A DNA stretch of 24,000 nt from an uncultured Erysipelotrichaceae bacterium (GCA_964401415.1 CAYNYC010000006.1:6553-30552); one strand, 5' to 3'. Counted from the stretch's first letter, positions 1-9,117 are shown. Notes: generated by a model from the letters alone, not told the origin. A program made the numbers and translations.

Positions 1-2
1 AT

Positions 3-26
3 AAAAAAAAGAATCTGTTGAGATTC
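3..26 (-). terminator. Rho-independent terminator downstream of rpmF
   Basis: Perfect inverted repeat gaatct (11-16) / agattc (21-26) with a 4-nt loop. On the minus strand it is followed by a U8 run (A-run 3-10 on +). The hairpin abuts the rpmF stop codon. Confidence 0.6.
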
Positions 27-187
27 TAGTTTTGTTTACCGCTATAGAAACCACAAGCACACATACGGTGAGCAAGTTTAAATTCACCGCATGCCGGACA
101 TTTGGCAAGTGTCGGAGCAGCTAGTTTATAATGTGTTCTACGTTTGGCTTTTCTTGTCTTCGAAACTCTTCTTTGTTGTACAGCCAT
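26..187 (-). CDS. rpmF: 50S ribosomal protein L32
   Basis: Not in the ORF track because it is under 60 aa. Hand translation of the minus strand gives [53 protein letters not shown] (53 aa). It has the typical L32 N-terminus and a CxxC...CxC zinc ribbon. The SD ggagg lies 8 nt upstream. Start ATG is at 185-187 and stop TAG at 26-28. Confidence 0.95.
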   Translation of the reverse strand: MAVQQRRVSKTRKAKRRTHYKLAAPTLAKCPACGEFKLAHRMCACGFYSGKQN

Positions 188-198
188 TGTCATACCTC

Positions 199-717
199 CT
201 AATCATCTTTTGGTTGATATTCTAAGATCTTTGCTAATCGAGGATCAATCTTGTCTTTTGGTTGATTAAGATCTTCCTCTTTTATCACTTCCCAGCCTTC
301 TCCTTTTGGATATTCTTTTAGACCTTCTTTATGAATAGTCCAAGGAATGTCCATCATGATCAGCTGATACACAAGTGGTAACAGTTCAATCATTTCACCT
401 TTAACTTCATACACATCTTCATCGATGTCCTTGTTAAACGCAAACGTTTCGCTGTCTGTGATATGAAACTCTCTTGTGACGTCCTCAAAGGTTATCGAAC
501 AAGGAAGAACCATAATACCATCAATCATTAAATCAACGTACAGGCGTTCTAATTCAGCGTCATAGCGGCATTCGCCACTTACCACAACATCTTTCAGATC
601 TCTTAATCGATCATTAGCTTTAAAAGCTTCCTTATCAAAACTGAGATCTTCGTGGAAACTAAATGATCTGTTTCCAATATTAGCCAGATAACTTCGCGAC
701 CATTTCAAGAAACTCAC
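199..717 (-). CDS. yceD: DUF177 / YceD (YlbN) family protein, large-subunit ribosome-associated
   Basis: 172 aa, acidic, sitting immediately upstream of rpmF, which is the conserved yceD/ylbN-rpmF gene pair. GTG start preceded by aaaaggg. The C-terminal DPRLAKL motif is typical of DUF177. Confidence 0.85.
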   Translation of the reverse strand: MSFLKWSRSYLANIGNRSFSFHEDLSFDKEAFKANDRLRDLKDVVVSGECRYDAELERLYVDLMIDGIMVLPCSITFEDVTREFHITDSETFAFNKDIDEDVYEVKGEMIELLPLVYQLIMMDIPWTIHKEGLKEYPKGEGWEVIKEEDLNQPKDKIDPRLAKILEYQPKDD

Positions 718-737
718 CCTTTTCGTTAACGTATCAT

Positions 738-766
738 ATTATATTCAATCTAGCAAAATAAGTCAA
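738..766 (-). promoter_or_regulatory. Sigma-70/SigA-type promoter for yceD-rpmF
   Basis: The minus strand reads TTGACT (761-766), a 17-nt spacer, then TATAAT (738-743). This is a near-consensus promoter about 20 nt upstream of the yceD start. Confidence 0.65.
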
Positions 767-788
767 ATGATATCACAATATTTATCGA

Positions 789-1670
789 TTAAATATCAAT
801 ACCTAAGAAATGCTTTACAGCTAGACCAATCACAAACGAAAGTAATGCAACACCTAAACTAATACTCAACATCTCAACAACGCGTTTTTTAAAGTTTAAC
901 CCCTTAGCAACGCTGATGTAATAATTAAAGACAACGATGATCAAGATAACAACAATGATCAAACTAAAAAGTGCTAACAAGAAGTTTTCATCGGAAAAGA
1001 TCAAGTATGGAGTAACCATCGCAATAACAGTGAATAAATAAGCAATTCCGGTATAAATACTTGATTTAATCGCATTTTCATCACCTTCACTACGCGCTGA
1101 TAAATATTCACTACTAGCCATAGATAAAGTTGCGGAAATACCCGTTATCAAACCTGATAAAGCGACCAATTTTGTACTTTGTAAAGCTAAAGTAAGCCCA
1201 GCTAATGTACCAGTCAGTTCTACTAAAGCATCATTTAATCCCAAGACCATCGAACCAACATATTGAAGCCTTTCTTCATCCATCATCTCGATCAAGGCAT
1301 TTTCATGCTCATGTTCTTCGTTTTGGATAACTGTAGCTTCTGGTATTTCATCTAATAACTGTTGGTAAGTAGTTTGCGCTATTTGTTCACCATTTTCCAT
1401 TTTTTTGATAATGAAGGTAAAACCCAAAACACGTGCTAAGAAAGTTAATACAAATACCTTAAATTGATCTGGTTTAACCTCCGTACCAGTATAAGATGCC
1501 CATATCCCATAGTGCCTTTTTTCTTCATTAGCAATACCTAATAGGATCTTTTTGTTTTTCTCATCTTTTAATCTTTCAGCGATCTTACGATAAATATGAT
1601 ACTCAGTTATCTCATTTTTTTGCATAAGTAAGATCGTATCATAAGCTTGTTTACTGATTTCTTTTTTCAT
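789..1670 (-). CDS. Erythrin(ferritin-like)-VIT1/CCC1 fusion, MbfA-like iron/manganese transporter
   Basis: The N-terminal ~130 aa carry two ExxH motifs (NEEKRH, NEEHEH) typical of a di-iron ferritin-like/rubrerythrin domain. The C-terminal half has VIT1-type TM helices (GLNDALVELTGTLAG, SMASSEYLS). SD aggagg lies upstream of the ATG. Confidence 0.8.
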   Translation of the reverse strand: MKKEISKQAYDTILLMQKNEITEYHIYRKIAERLKDEKNKKILLGIANEEKRHYGIWASYTGTEVKPDQFKVFVLTFLARVLGFTFIIKKMENGEQIAQTTYQQLLDEIPEATVIQNEEHEHENALIEMMDEERLQYVGSMVLGLNDALVELTGTLAGLTLALQSTKLVALSGLITGISATLSMASSEYLSARSEGDENAIKSSIYTGIAYLFTVIAMVTPYLIFSDENFLLALFSLIIVVILIIVVFNYYISVAKGLNFKKRVVEMLSISLGVALLSFVIGLAVKHFLGIDI

Positions 1671-1720
1671 AAATCCTCCTACCCACTCTAATATACTAAC
1701 ATTTTTATCAGTTTTATAGG

Positions 1721-2629
1721 TTAATCTTGCTTTAAAAAAGCTAACATTAACGCCAATACTGCATCTCTTTCTTTTTCATTTAAGATCTCATGACGTAAAT
1801 TGGGGATCAATGTATATGAAACATTTTGATATCCTAAAGTTTGCATGTGCTCAACGGCTTGTTTCAATTTGCTTTCATCGATCATACACGGATCTTTTTC
1901 ACCACTAAAAAAGGCAATTGGTAGTTGTGGATCATTGATCTTCCAATTATCTGTATGATAAACATCTTTTATACCTGCAAATAGATCTAAATAACCTTGA
2001 GCGGTAAATGGATACCCACATAGTTTATCATCAATATACTTCTGTACATTTTCTTCATTGACACTTAACCAATCAAAGGCTGTCTTAGGATTTTCTATGT
2101 TTTTATTAAATGAGCCAAAACTTAGTTTATCTAAAAGCTTACTAGGATGTTTAGGACCATAGATCATTTTGATTAGTTTCGCTAAGATAATACCAACACT
2201 TAGAGATGGTGTATCACTCGGTGAGCCACTTAAGATCATTTTGGTTACTTTACTTGGATAACTCTTTAAGTAACTTCGAGCTACTAAACTACCCATACTA
2301 TGACCAAAAATGATTAGCGGTAATTTTATCACATTCAGTGCTTCTAAAGTTAACTGGTGAAGATCTTGTAAATTAACATTCCAACCATCTTTATCGGCGA
2401 AATATCCTGGTATAACAGCACTATCTCCATGACCTCGATGATCACATGTCAAAACAGCATAACCAGCACTTACTAAACTTTGAGCAAACCATTCGTAACG
2501 ATGACGATGTTCTGCCATGCCATGAAAGATCTGTACTAATCCTTCGGTTGAATTATCGTCATAACACAAAGAACCATAAAGTAGTACTTTATCATATGTC
2601 GAGGATACTGTTATTATCTTTTTTATCAT
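1721..2629 (-). CDS. Alpha/beta hydrolase, lysophospholipase / monoacylglycerol-lipase-like (Hydrolase_4 type)
   Basis: HGMAEHRHRY...CDHRGHGDS, the nucleophile elbow GHSMGS, and late D (GEKDP) and H (LRHEI) residues. I place the start at the internal ATG 2627-2629 (MIKKIITVSS...) with aaaggaaag upstream. The 51-codon extension to 2782 in the ORF track would overlap divergent tmcAL and carries no homology signal. Confidence 0.8.
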   Translation of the reverse strand: MIKKIITVSSTYDKVLLYGSLCYDDNSTEGLVQIFHGMAEHRHRYEWFAQSLVSAGYAVLTCDHRGHGDSAVIPGYFADKDGWNVNLQDLHQLTLEALNVIKLPLIIFGHSMGSLVARSYLKSYPSKVTKMILSGSPSDTPSLSVGIILAKLIKMIYGPKHPSKLLDKLSFGSFNKNIENPKTAFDWLSVNEENVQKYIDDKLCGYPFTAQGYLDLFAGIKDVYHTDNWKINDPQLPIAFFSGEKDPCMIDESKLKQAVEHMQTLGYQNVSYTLIPNLRHEILNEKERDAVLALMLAFLKQD

Positions 2630-2709
2630 ATTGTTCTTTCCTTTGTTTAAACTATACCAAATCTGCATCAAAATACAATAATCTATGCTATATTTAAGTG
2701 GGTGATCAC

Positions 2710-3813
2710 ATGATAGCAACTGGTATTGTTGTTGAATACAATCCGCTTCATAACGGACATATTTACCATATTCAAAGATCAAGAGAAATCACTAATTGTG
2801 ATGTTTTAGTCGCCGTAATGAGTGGTAATTTTGTCCAAAGAGGAGAACCAGCCTTAATCGATAAATGGGATAGAACAAATGCGGCGCTTGATCATGGTGT
2901 TGATCTTGTTGTTGAACTACCTTTTATCTATTGTAATCAATCTGCTAAACAATTTGCGCAAGCTGCTATCAAGATATTAGATCTTGCTCAAGTTAAACAT
3001 ATCGTTTTTGGTAGTGAATCAAATAATATAGATGAATTACAAGAAATCGCTGAGATGAGTATCAATCCTGACAATCTCAAAGAAGCCATGAAGTCTGGAA
3101 TGGGCTTTCCCAAAGCTTATGGCTTAATGGCTGGTGAGTATTATCCAAATGATATCTTAGGAATTGCTTATCTTAAAGCGCTTAAAGACACCAATATAAA
3201 AGCACATACTATTCAAAGGACCGTTCATTATCACGATACCAACCTAACTAATAAAATAGCTAGTGCTAGAGCCATAAGAGAAGGTATACGGCTTGGTAAT
3301 GATGTATCCCCTTTTACACCAATGGATATTAATCATGATCAAACCCATAATCTAAGTCTATATTATCCTTACATAAAGACCTTGTTATTAACTTTAGATA
3401 AAGCTTATCTAAGATCCTTATTTCTCTTTAATGAAGGAATTGAAAATCACTTGATCAAACAAGCCGGCTTAACTAATGACTATGAGCAGTTTATTAACAA
3501 CGCCGTAACACGTCGTTATAGTCGCGCACGTATTCAAAGAACTTTGATAGCTCTTATTTGCCATATTAAAAAACAAGATGTCCTTGATTTACCTACCCTA
3601 GATACGATTAGAGTCTTAGGATTTAATGATCAAGGGCAGAAATACCTTAAATTACTTAAAAAACAGGAAGTAAAGATCGCTACCCGTTTCAATCAAATAC
3701 CAAAGCCTTATCGTAAAATGGAACATAAAGCCACTATCGTTTATCATTCACTTACACATCACAATGAGGAAGCCATCCAAAAAGAGATAACTGGTCCCAT
3801 AATTAAAAAATAG
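2710..3813 (+). CDS. tmcAL: tRNA(Met) cytidine acetate ligase TmcAL (YlbM / UPF0348 family)
   Basis: The N-terminus IATGIVVEYNPLHNGHIYHI...VAVMSGNFVQRGEP...GVDLVVELPF closely matches my recollection of B. subtilis YlbM. The nucleotidyltransferase HxGH motif is present. I prefer the ATG at 2710, which is preceded by ggtgatc (complementary to the 16S 3' end). The GTG at 2698 is an alternative. Confidence 0.88.
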   Translation: MIATGIVVEYNPLHNGHIYHIQRSREITNCDVLVAVMSGNFVQRGEPALIDKWDRTNAALDHGVDLVVELPFIYCNQSAKQFAQAAIKILDLAQVKHIVFGSESNNIDELQEIAEMSINPDNLKEAMKSGMGFPKAYGLMAGEYYPNDILGIAYLKALKDTNIKAHTIQRTVHYHDTNLTNKIASARAIREGIRLGNDVSPFTPMDINHDQTHNLSLYYPYIKTLLLTLDKAYLRSLFLFNEGIENHLIKQAGLTNDYEQFINNAVTRRYSRARIQRTLIALICHIKKQDVLDLPTLDTIRVLGFNDQGQKYLKLLKKQEVKIATRFNQIPKPYRKMEHKATIVYHSLTHHNEEAIQKEITGPIIKK

Positions 3814-3833
3814 AGTTCTAGGACTCTATTTTA
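3805..3833. terminator. Bidirectional intrinsic terminator between convergent tmcAL and yebC-family gene
   Basis: Stem atagagt (3810-3816) / actctat (3823-3829) with a 6-nt loop, an A6 run on the left and a T-run on the right. Both stop codons (TAG 3811-3813 on +, TAG 3818-3820 on -) lie inside the hairpin. Confidence 0.6.
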
Positions 3834-4549
3834 GTATTTACGTTATGATATAACTGTTGAACATCGTCTACTTGATCGATCATTGTCATGAATCGATCAA
3901 ATTGTTGTAGTTCTTCCTCATCTGTGATATCCACATAACTCTGAGGTAACATTGATATTTCTAATACCTCAAAGCTTGGTTCATCAATGATCGTTTCGAT
4001 CGCTTCTTTAGCCTTATAAAGATCTGTTGGATTAACGTAGATGGTCATACTACCATCTTCAAGTTCAATATCCTTAACATCAACTTCCGCATTGATCAAA
4101 GTATCCAGCATTGTTTCATCATCTTCATAATTGATCGATAAGATTCCTAAATGATCATATAAATGAGCAACGGAACCTTTAACACCAATATTGAACTTAG
4201 CTTTAGTAAAGCAGTTTCTGACTTCAGTATAAGTACGATTGACATTATCAGTTAAACATTCAACGATAAAGGTAGAACCTGATGGACCAAAGCCTTCATA
4301 TCTTACTTCATCATATGATTCAACCGTCCCACCTTTGGCTTTATCGATCGCTCTTTTAATGACATCAGCCGGTACTTGATTAGCTTTAGCTTTATCAATA
4401 ATTCGCTTTAAGCTAACATTCATATCGGGATCAGGCACACCACTTTTAGCTGCGATATAGATTTCTTTTCCATATCTTGAATAAATTTTCGCTTTAACAG
4501 CTGAGGTCTTTGCCATAGCTGCTTTTCTTACTTCAAAAGCACGTCCCAT
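3818..4549 (-). CDS. yebC: YebC/PmpR family protein (annotated as a DNA-binding regulator; recent work implicates the family in translation of polyproline stretches)
   Basis: MGRAFEVRKAAMAKT...KIYSRYGKEIYIAAK...DPDMNVSLKRIIDKAKANQVPADVIKRAIDKAKGG is the canonical YebC family N-terminus. 243 aa. SD aaggtgg upstream. Confidence 0.9.
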   Translation of the reverse strand: MGRAFEVRKAAMAKTSAVKAKIYSRYGKEIYIAAKSGVPDPDMNVSLKRIIDKAKANQVPADVIKRAIDKAKGGTVESYDEVRYEGFGPSGSTFIVECLTDNVNRTYTEVRNCFTKAKFNIGVKGSVAHLYDHLGILSINYEDDETMLDTLINAEVDVKDIELEDGSMTIYVNPTDLYKAKEAIETIIDEPSFEVLEISMLPQSYVDITDEEELQQFDRFMTMIDQVDDVQQLYHNVNTKIES

Positions 4550-4624
4550 AATTTTACCACCTTTTCAAACAACTATTATTATAACAACCATTACGTTAGA
4601 AAAACAAGATTTTTTGAATCTCGT

Positions 4625-7021
4625 TTAACTTTCTCTTAATACAGCTTGGAATTGTTTTTTCAACATCTTAATAATCTCTTGTTGGATTTCTTGAACGTCT
4701 TGATCATTAAGGGTTTTATCCAACGATTGATAAGTAATACTGAAAGCTAATGATTTTTTACCTTTTTCCACATGTGTTCCTTGATATACATCAAAGACAA
4801 TAACATCTTTAACAAGCTTTCCACCAGTTTTTTTGATGGCTATACACATATCGTTGGCTTTGATACTATCATCGACGACCAAGGCAAGATCATAATTTAC
4901 TCCAGGAAAACGCGGTATTGGTTGAAACTTAACCTTTGATGTATTACTACTATAGATCGCTGATAGATCAATTTCCGCCATGATTGAGCGATCAATATCC
5001 CATTGTTTTTGTTTGATAGGATGAATACTGCCCAAAATAGCGATCAAAGTCCGATCAAGATAGACAAGTGCGCTTTGATAAGGATTAAACAGATTGTGAT
5101 CAAGATCATTTTCCTTAAAAGTAACCCGCTTAGGATCAAATCCAAGCTTCTCGATCAGTTTGATAACTAAACCCTTTAAAGTATAAAAATCATTGACACG
5201 TGTCAGGTGTTTCCATCTATTTATCGTTGTTTGACTACTAATCACAAGCGCTAAATGTTCTTTTTCAACATTATCATCACTATAGACATTTCCAATCTCA
5301 AAAAGCATATATTCATTTAAATAACGAGCTTTATTATAAGCTATTGTTTCTAAGATGCTTGGTAATATAGAAGTACGATAATACTTTTTATCCTCACTTA
5401 ATGGATTACTTAAGCTAACGGGTTTTTCAATAGCTAAGACACTATCTTGTAGATGTTTATTACTTACTAAAGAGTAATTTATAACTTCATAGAAACCTTG
5501 ATCTTTCAAGATGTCTTTAATCTGATAACGTGTTTTAGCATTAAGCGCGTATTCACCACTTACCTGATATATCTTAGGCAACGTTGCGGGTACATTTTCA
5601 TAACCCAATAATCGGATAACTTCTTCCGTTAGATCAACTGGTAAGCGCAGATCAGTACGATATGATGGTATCCTTACAGTTATATCATCTTTTACATAGG
5701 TTGGATCTAGCTGTAAACGTCTAAAAACATCAATTAACTCTTTCATCGTAAAATCCGTGGAAAGATAATGATTGATAAAAGAGGCCGAAATCGTAATTTG
5801 ATATGGCTTATCACTGAAATCACCAAGTATGACTGCTTGCTCAATTTGATCAGCTTCAGCAAGTTCAATTAATAAAGCAACGGCTCGATCAACAGCTTTT
5901 TTAGGAGCTAGAGGATCGATACCTTTTTGAAAGCGTAAACTAGCTTCAGTTGTTAAATTTAGCCTTCTACTACTATTACGGATCGTTGCAAGATCAAAGA
6001 TAGCTGCCTCAATGATAATCGAGGTTGTCGATTCGTCAATTTTACTATCCTCTCCACCCATTATTCCGGCTATACCAATAGCTTGATCATTACTAGTGAT
6101 CATCAGATCACCCTTTAGTATTTGATAAGCTTGTCCATCAAGGGCTGTATAAACCGTTTCTAGATCATCTCTGACGACGATTTCTTTCGCTGGCATTTTC
6201 GCTAGATCATAAAAATGAAGTGGTTGACCTGTCTCTAACATAACATAGTTAGAAATGTCAACGACATTATTGATTGACTTAATTCCAACACTTAATAGTG
6301 CATCTTTCATCCATTGGGGTGATTGTTTGATCACTAATTTGTTGATTATCTTACCAATGAATTTTGAACAATGAACAGTTTTACTAATGATCTTTAGCTC
6401 GCTATTTAGTCCAATATCACTTTTATTTTCATATTCTGGCAGCGTGACTTTACGATCGAAGATTGCCCCAACTTCATAGGCTAGTGAAAATAAGGCTAAA
6501 CAATCAGCCCGATTAGGCGTTAAACTGATATCGATCAAAACATCATCTAAGCCAAGATAGGCCAACGGATTAAGATCTCCCACTTTTGCATGATCGGGTA
6601 AAACGGTAATACCACTCAATTCTTGCTCACTTAGTGTTTTCTTATCGACACCAAGTTCAAATAATGAACAGATCATACCCTGTGACTTTTCACCACGAAT
6701 ATTACCAGCTTTGATCGTTATTTCCGGCAATTGAGATCCTACTTGGGCCACAATGACCTTCTGCCCTTGTGCGACATTAGCCGCTCCACAAATGATCTGT
6801 AATGTTTCCTTACCGATATCTACTTGGCATAGATGAAGATGATCACTATCAGGATGATCCACACACTCTAAAACATGACCTACGACCAAATTTGTCCCAT
6901 ATGCTAATCGCGATATCCCTTCAACTTCTAAACCAGCGTTAGTTAATTTATCCGCTAATAACTCAGGGCTAATATCCGTTAGATCAACATATTTTTTTAA
7001 CCAATTATAACTTGTTTTCAT
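4625..7021 (-). CDS. pheT: Phenylalanine--tRNA ligase beta subunit
   Basis: 798 aa, MKTSYNWLKKYVDL start, with the tRNA-binding, B3/4, B5 and C-terminal anticodon-binding-like layout. Starts 9 nt after the pheS stop and has the SD aggaga. Confidence 0.97.
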   Translation of the reverse strand: MKTSYNWLKKYVDLTDISPELLADKLTNAGLEVEGISRLAYGTNLVVGHVLECVDHPDSDHLHLCQVDIGKETLQIICGAANVAQGQKVIVAQVGSQLPEITIKAGNIRGEKSQGMICSLFELGVDKKTLSEQELSGITVLPDHAKVGDLNPLAYLGLDDVLIDISLTPNRADCLALFSLAYEVGAIFDRKVTLPEYENKSDIGLNSELKIISKTVHCSKFIGKIINKLVIKQSPQWMKDALLSVGIKSINNVVDISNYVMLETGQPLHFYDLAKMPAKEIVVRDDLETVYTALDGQAYQILKGDLMITSNDQAIGIAGIMGGEDSKIDESTTSIIIEAAIFDLATIRNSSRRLNLTTEASLRFQKGIDPLAPKKAVDRAVALLIELAEADQIEQAVILGDFSDKPYQITISASFINHYLSTDFTMKELIDVFRRLQLDPTYVKDDITVRIPSYRTDLRLPVDLTEEVIRLLGYENVPATLPKIYQVSGEYALNAKTRYQIKDILKDQGFYEVINYSLVSNKHLQDSVLAIEKPVSLSNPLSEDKKYYRTSILPSILETIAYNKARYLNEYMLFEIGNVYSDDNVEKEHLALVISSQTTINRWKHLTRVNDFYTLKGLVIKLIEKLGFDPKRVTFKENDLDHNLFNPYQSALVYLDRTLIAILGSIHPIKQKQWDIDRSIMAEIDLSAIYSSNTSKVKFQPIPRFPGVNYDLALVVDDSIKANDMCIAIKKTGGKLVKDVIVFDVYQGTHVEKGKKSLAFSITYQSLDKTLNDQDVQEIQQEIIKMLKKQFQAVLRES

Positions 7022-7030
7022 CTTTATCTC

Positions 7031-8065
7031 CTATTCGAAACGATCAAAGTTGGCAAGAAAACGAACATCGTTTAGATAAAAATTACGAATATCATCAATT
7101 CCATACTTTAACATCGCTACTCTTTCAACACCCATACCAAACGCAAAGCCACTATATTTCTTGGAGTCAATACCGGCCATTTCTAAGACTTGGGGATGAA
7201 CCATTCCTGATCCAAGAATTTCAATCCAACCGGTCTTTTTACAGATATGACAACCCTTACCATTACAGTTAAAACATGAGACATCTACTTCTACAGATGG
7301 TTCAGTAAACTGAAAGTAACTTGGTCGCAAACGTATCGTACGACTTTCACCAAAGAGCTTTTTAGCCATCAATTCTAAGGTTCCTTTAAGATCACCAAGC
7401 GTAATATCCTCACCAACGACTAACCCTTCCATCTGTGTGAACTGATGACTGTGTGTAGCATCATCATCATCACGACGATAGGTCTTTCCAGGACAGATAA
7501 CCTTGATTGGTAGCTGATTTGCTTTTTCTTCAAGTACTCTGGTTTGGATAGCTGTCGTATGCGTTCTTAGTAATCTTTCAACATCGATGTAGAAAGTATC
7601 CTGCATATCACGAGCTGGATGATTTTGAGGAATATTAGCTCTTTCAAAGTTGTACATATCATACTCTACTTCAGGTCCTTCAACGATCTGATAACCCATA
7701 TTCATAAAGATCATCTCTACTTCTTTTTGGACGATCGTTAATGGATGTAAATGACCAATTAGCGTCTGATCACCATCTAAAGTGATATCGATCTTATCTT
7801 TTTGAAGGTCATCTAACATTTGTTTTTGTTGTAAACTACTTGCTTTATCACTAATAGCTTGTTCAAATAGCTGTTTAAGCTCATTAACCGCTTTACCAAA
7901 AATAGGTCTCTCAGAATTATCAAGGTCCTTCATTTTCATTAAAAGCCCTTGGATGATCCCTTTTTTACCCAAGTATTCTATTCTGATCTGTTCAATATCA
8001 TTGACTGATAGAGCTTTATCAATCTTTGTTAATCCCTCTTGTTTAATCTGATCCCAATCGTTCAT
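7031..8065 (-). CDS. pheS: Phenylalanine--tRNA ligase alpha subunit
   Basis: 344 aa with class II aaRS motifs (HPARDMQDTFY, GKTYRRD, GFAFGMGVERVAML). SD taggagg upstream. Preceded by a Phe T-box leader. Confidence 0.97.
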   Translation of the reverse strand: MNDWDQIKQEGLTKIDKALSVNDIEQIRIEYLGKKGIIQGLLMKMKDLDNSERPIFGKAVNELKQLFEQAISDKASSLQQKQMLDDLQKDKIDITLDGDQTLIGHLHPLTIVQKEVEMIFMNMGYQIVEGPEVEYDMYNFERANIPQNHPARDMQDTFYIDVERLLRTHTTAIQTRVLEEKANQLPIKVICPGKTYRRDDDDATHSHQFTQMEGLVVGEDITLGDLKGTLELMAKKLFGESRTIRLRPSYFQFTEPSVEVDVSCFNCNGKGCHICKKTGWIEILGSGMVHPQVLEMAGIDSKKYSGFAFGMGVERVAMLKYGIDDIRNFYLNDVRFLANFDRFE

Positions 8066-8286
8066 TTTATCCTCCTAAATAAAAAAACCGCTGTCCAGGA
8101 ACGAACAAGCGCGGTACCATCCTGATTTGCAAAAAATGCACATCTTAATTTGTTAACGCTAGTCAGCGGGGATGATTAGTCCCACTCCCAAGTGAATTCA
8201 TCAGTATATCCTGAAAGTGATTTACAGCTTTATCACTTCTCTCTGGCAGGCATTAACTGATTACTATGCTTGATCATCGTTTTAAT
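8066..8286 (-). promoter_or_regulatory. T-box riboswitch leader (Phe) controlling pheS-pheT
   Basis: Minus-strand RNA carries the AGAGA (GA/K-turn) motif. The conserved T-box sequence AAUCAGGAUGGUACCGCG is the reverse complement of about 8110-8128. A terminator follows (ACCGC...GCGGU plus U7, 8081-8115). A GAA-UUC-A element sits at 8194-8200, with the Phe codon UUC at 8194-8196. The UGGU bulge would pair with an ACCA tRNA end. Confidence 0.85.
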
Positions 8287-8292
8287 AAATGT

Positions 8293-8321
8293 ATTATAAC
8301 AACACTTCAATATTTATTCAA
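8293..8321 (-). promoter_or_regulatory. SigA-type promoter of the pheST T-box leader
   Basis: The minus strand reads TTGAAT (8316-8321), a 17-nt spacer, then TATAAT (8293-8298). The -35 hexamer contains the TGA stop (8318-8320) of the upstream methyltransferase gene. Confidence 0.6.
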
Positions 8322-9052
8322 TCAAAATTGCGGAAGTGATAAAGACATATTCCGGCTGCGATCGCCACATTTAAAGATTCAAATCCTTGTATCTCGATAA
8401 AAATGTTATCATCACAGACATTAAGAAGCTCTTTTGATACTCCTTGTCCTTCATTACCAAACACTAACGCCACCTGCTCGCTTCTTTCAAATGATTGTAA
8501 ACCCGACGCATTATCTAGTGCTGTACCATATACTTTATAATCATCTTGTTTGAGTTTACTTATCAGTTCAATAATATTTATACTTCTGATGTTAGCCTTA
8601 AAGATCGCTCCTTGTGATGAACGGATTAGTTTCTCATTGTATAAATCAACACTATCTAAAGATAAAAAGATATCATTAAAGCCAAAAGCGATCGCCGTTC
8701 TAATGATCGTACCAACATTACCAGGATCTTGTACATTATCAAGAATGACCACCTTATTACCAATTTTATCTGTTTGATCAAAGAATGAACATAAACCAAT
8801 CACATCAACTAAGGAAACAGTAGTTGAAAGCTTATTCATAACCTCATCACTTACTAATAGCGTATTATCAAAAGTAGTATGATAAGTACGATCTTTTCTA
8901 ATGATCAATTGCTTTAAGACACCAGCTTTGTTAGCTTCTTCACACAAATGAATGCCTTCTATTAAAAATGATCGTTTTTGATTACGATATTTCTTATGTT
9001 TAAGCTTAACTAATTCTTTGATATAAGCGTTATTGACTGATGTTATCTCCAT
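8318..9052 (-). CDS. TrmH/SpoU family RNA 2'-O-methyltransferase (YsgA-like)
   Basis: 244 aa. The N-terminal substrate-binding region (NAYIKELVKLKHKKYR) is followed by SpoU motifs (LDNVQDPGNVGTIIRTA, VFGNEGQGVS, ESLNVAIAAGI). Its position upstream of pheS mirrors ysgA-pheS-pheT in B. subtilis. SD ggaggt upstream. Confidence 0.88.
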   Translation of the reverse strand: MEITSVNNAYIKELVKLKHKKYRNQKRSFLIEGIHLCEEANKAGVLKQLIIRKDRTYHTTFDNTLLVSDEVMNKLSTTVSLVDVIGLCSFFDQTDKIGNKVVILDNVQDPGNVGTIIRTAIAFGFNDIFLSLDSVDLYNEKLIRSSQGAIFKANIRSINIIELISKLKQDDYKVYGTALDNASGLQSFERSEQVALVFGNEGQGVSKELLNVCDDNIFIEIQGFESLNVAIAAGICLYHFRNFD

Positions 9053-9117
9053 AGATCTACCTCCTTGTTATTATAACCTTTATGCTTCAAAGATAAAACT
9101 ATTATCCATTGACCATC

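Noticed and set aside
2446-2697. 83-aa plus-strand ORF
   Set aside because: It is antisense to the alpha/beta hydrolase gene and low in complexity. It has no SD and no recognisable motif, so it is a shadow ORF.
2630-2782. 51-codon N-terminal extension of the hydrolase ORF (MIFEYGKYVRYEAD...)
   Set aside because: It would overlap the divergent tmcAL start and its SD. The hydrolase-like sequence begins at the internal MIKKIITV, which has its own SD.
7012-7272. 86-aa plus-strand ORF
   Set aside because: It is antisense to the pheS/pheT junction, inside strongly conserved genes, so it is a shadow ORF.
8550-8777. 75-aa plus-strand ORF
   Set aside because: It is antisense to the TrmH-family methyltransferase gene and has no supporting signals.
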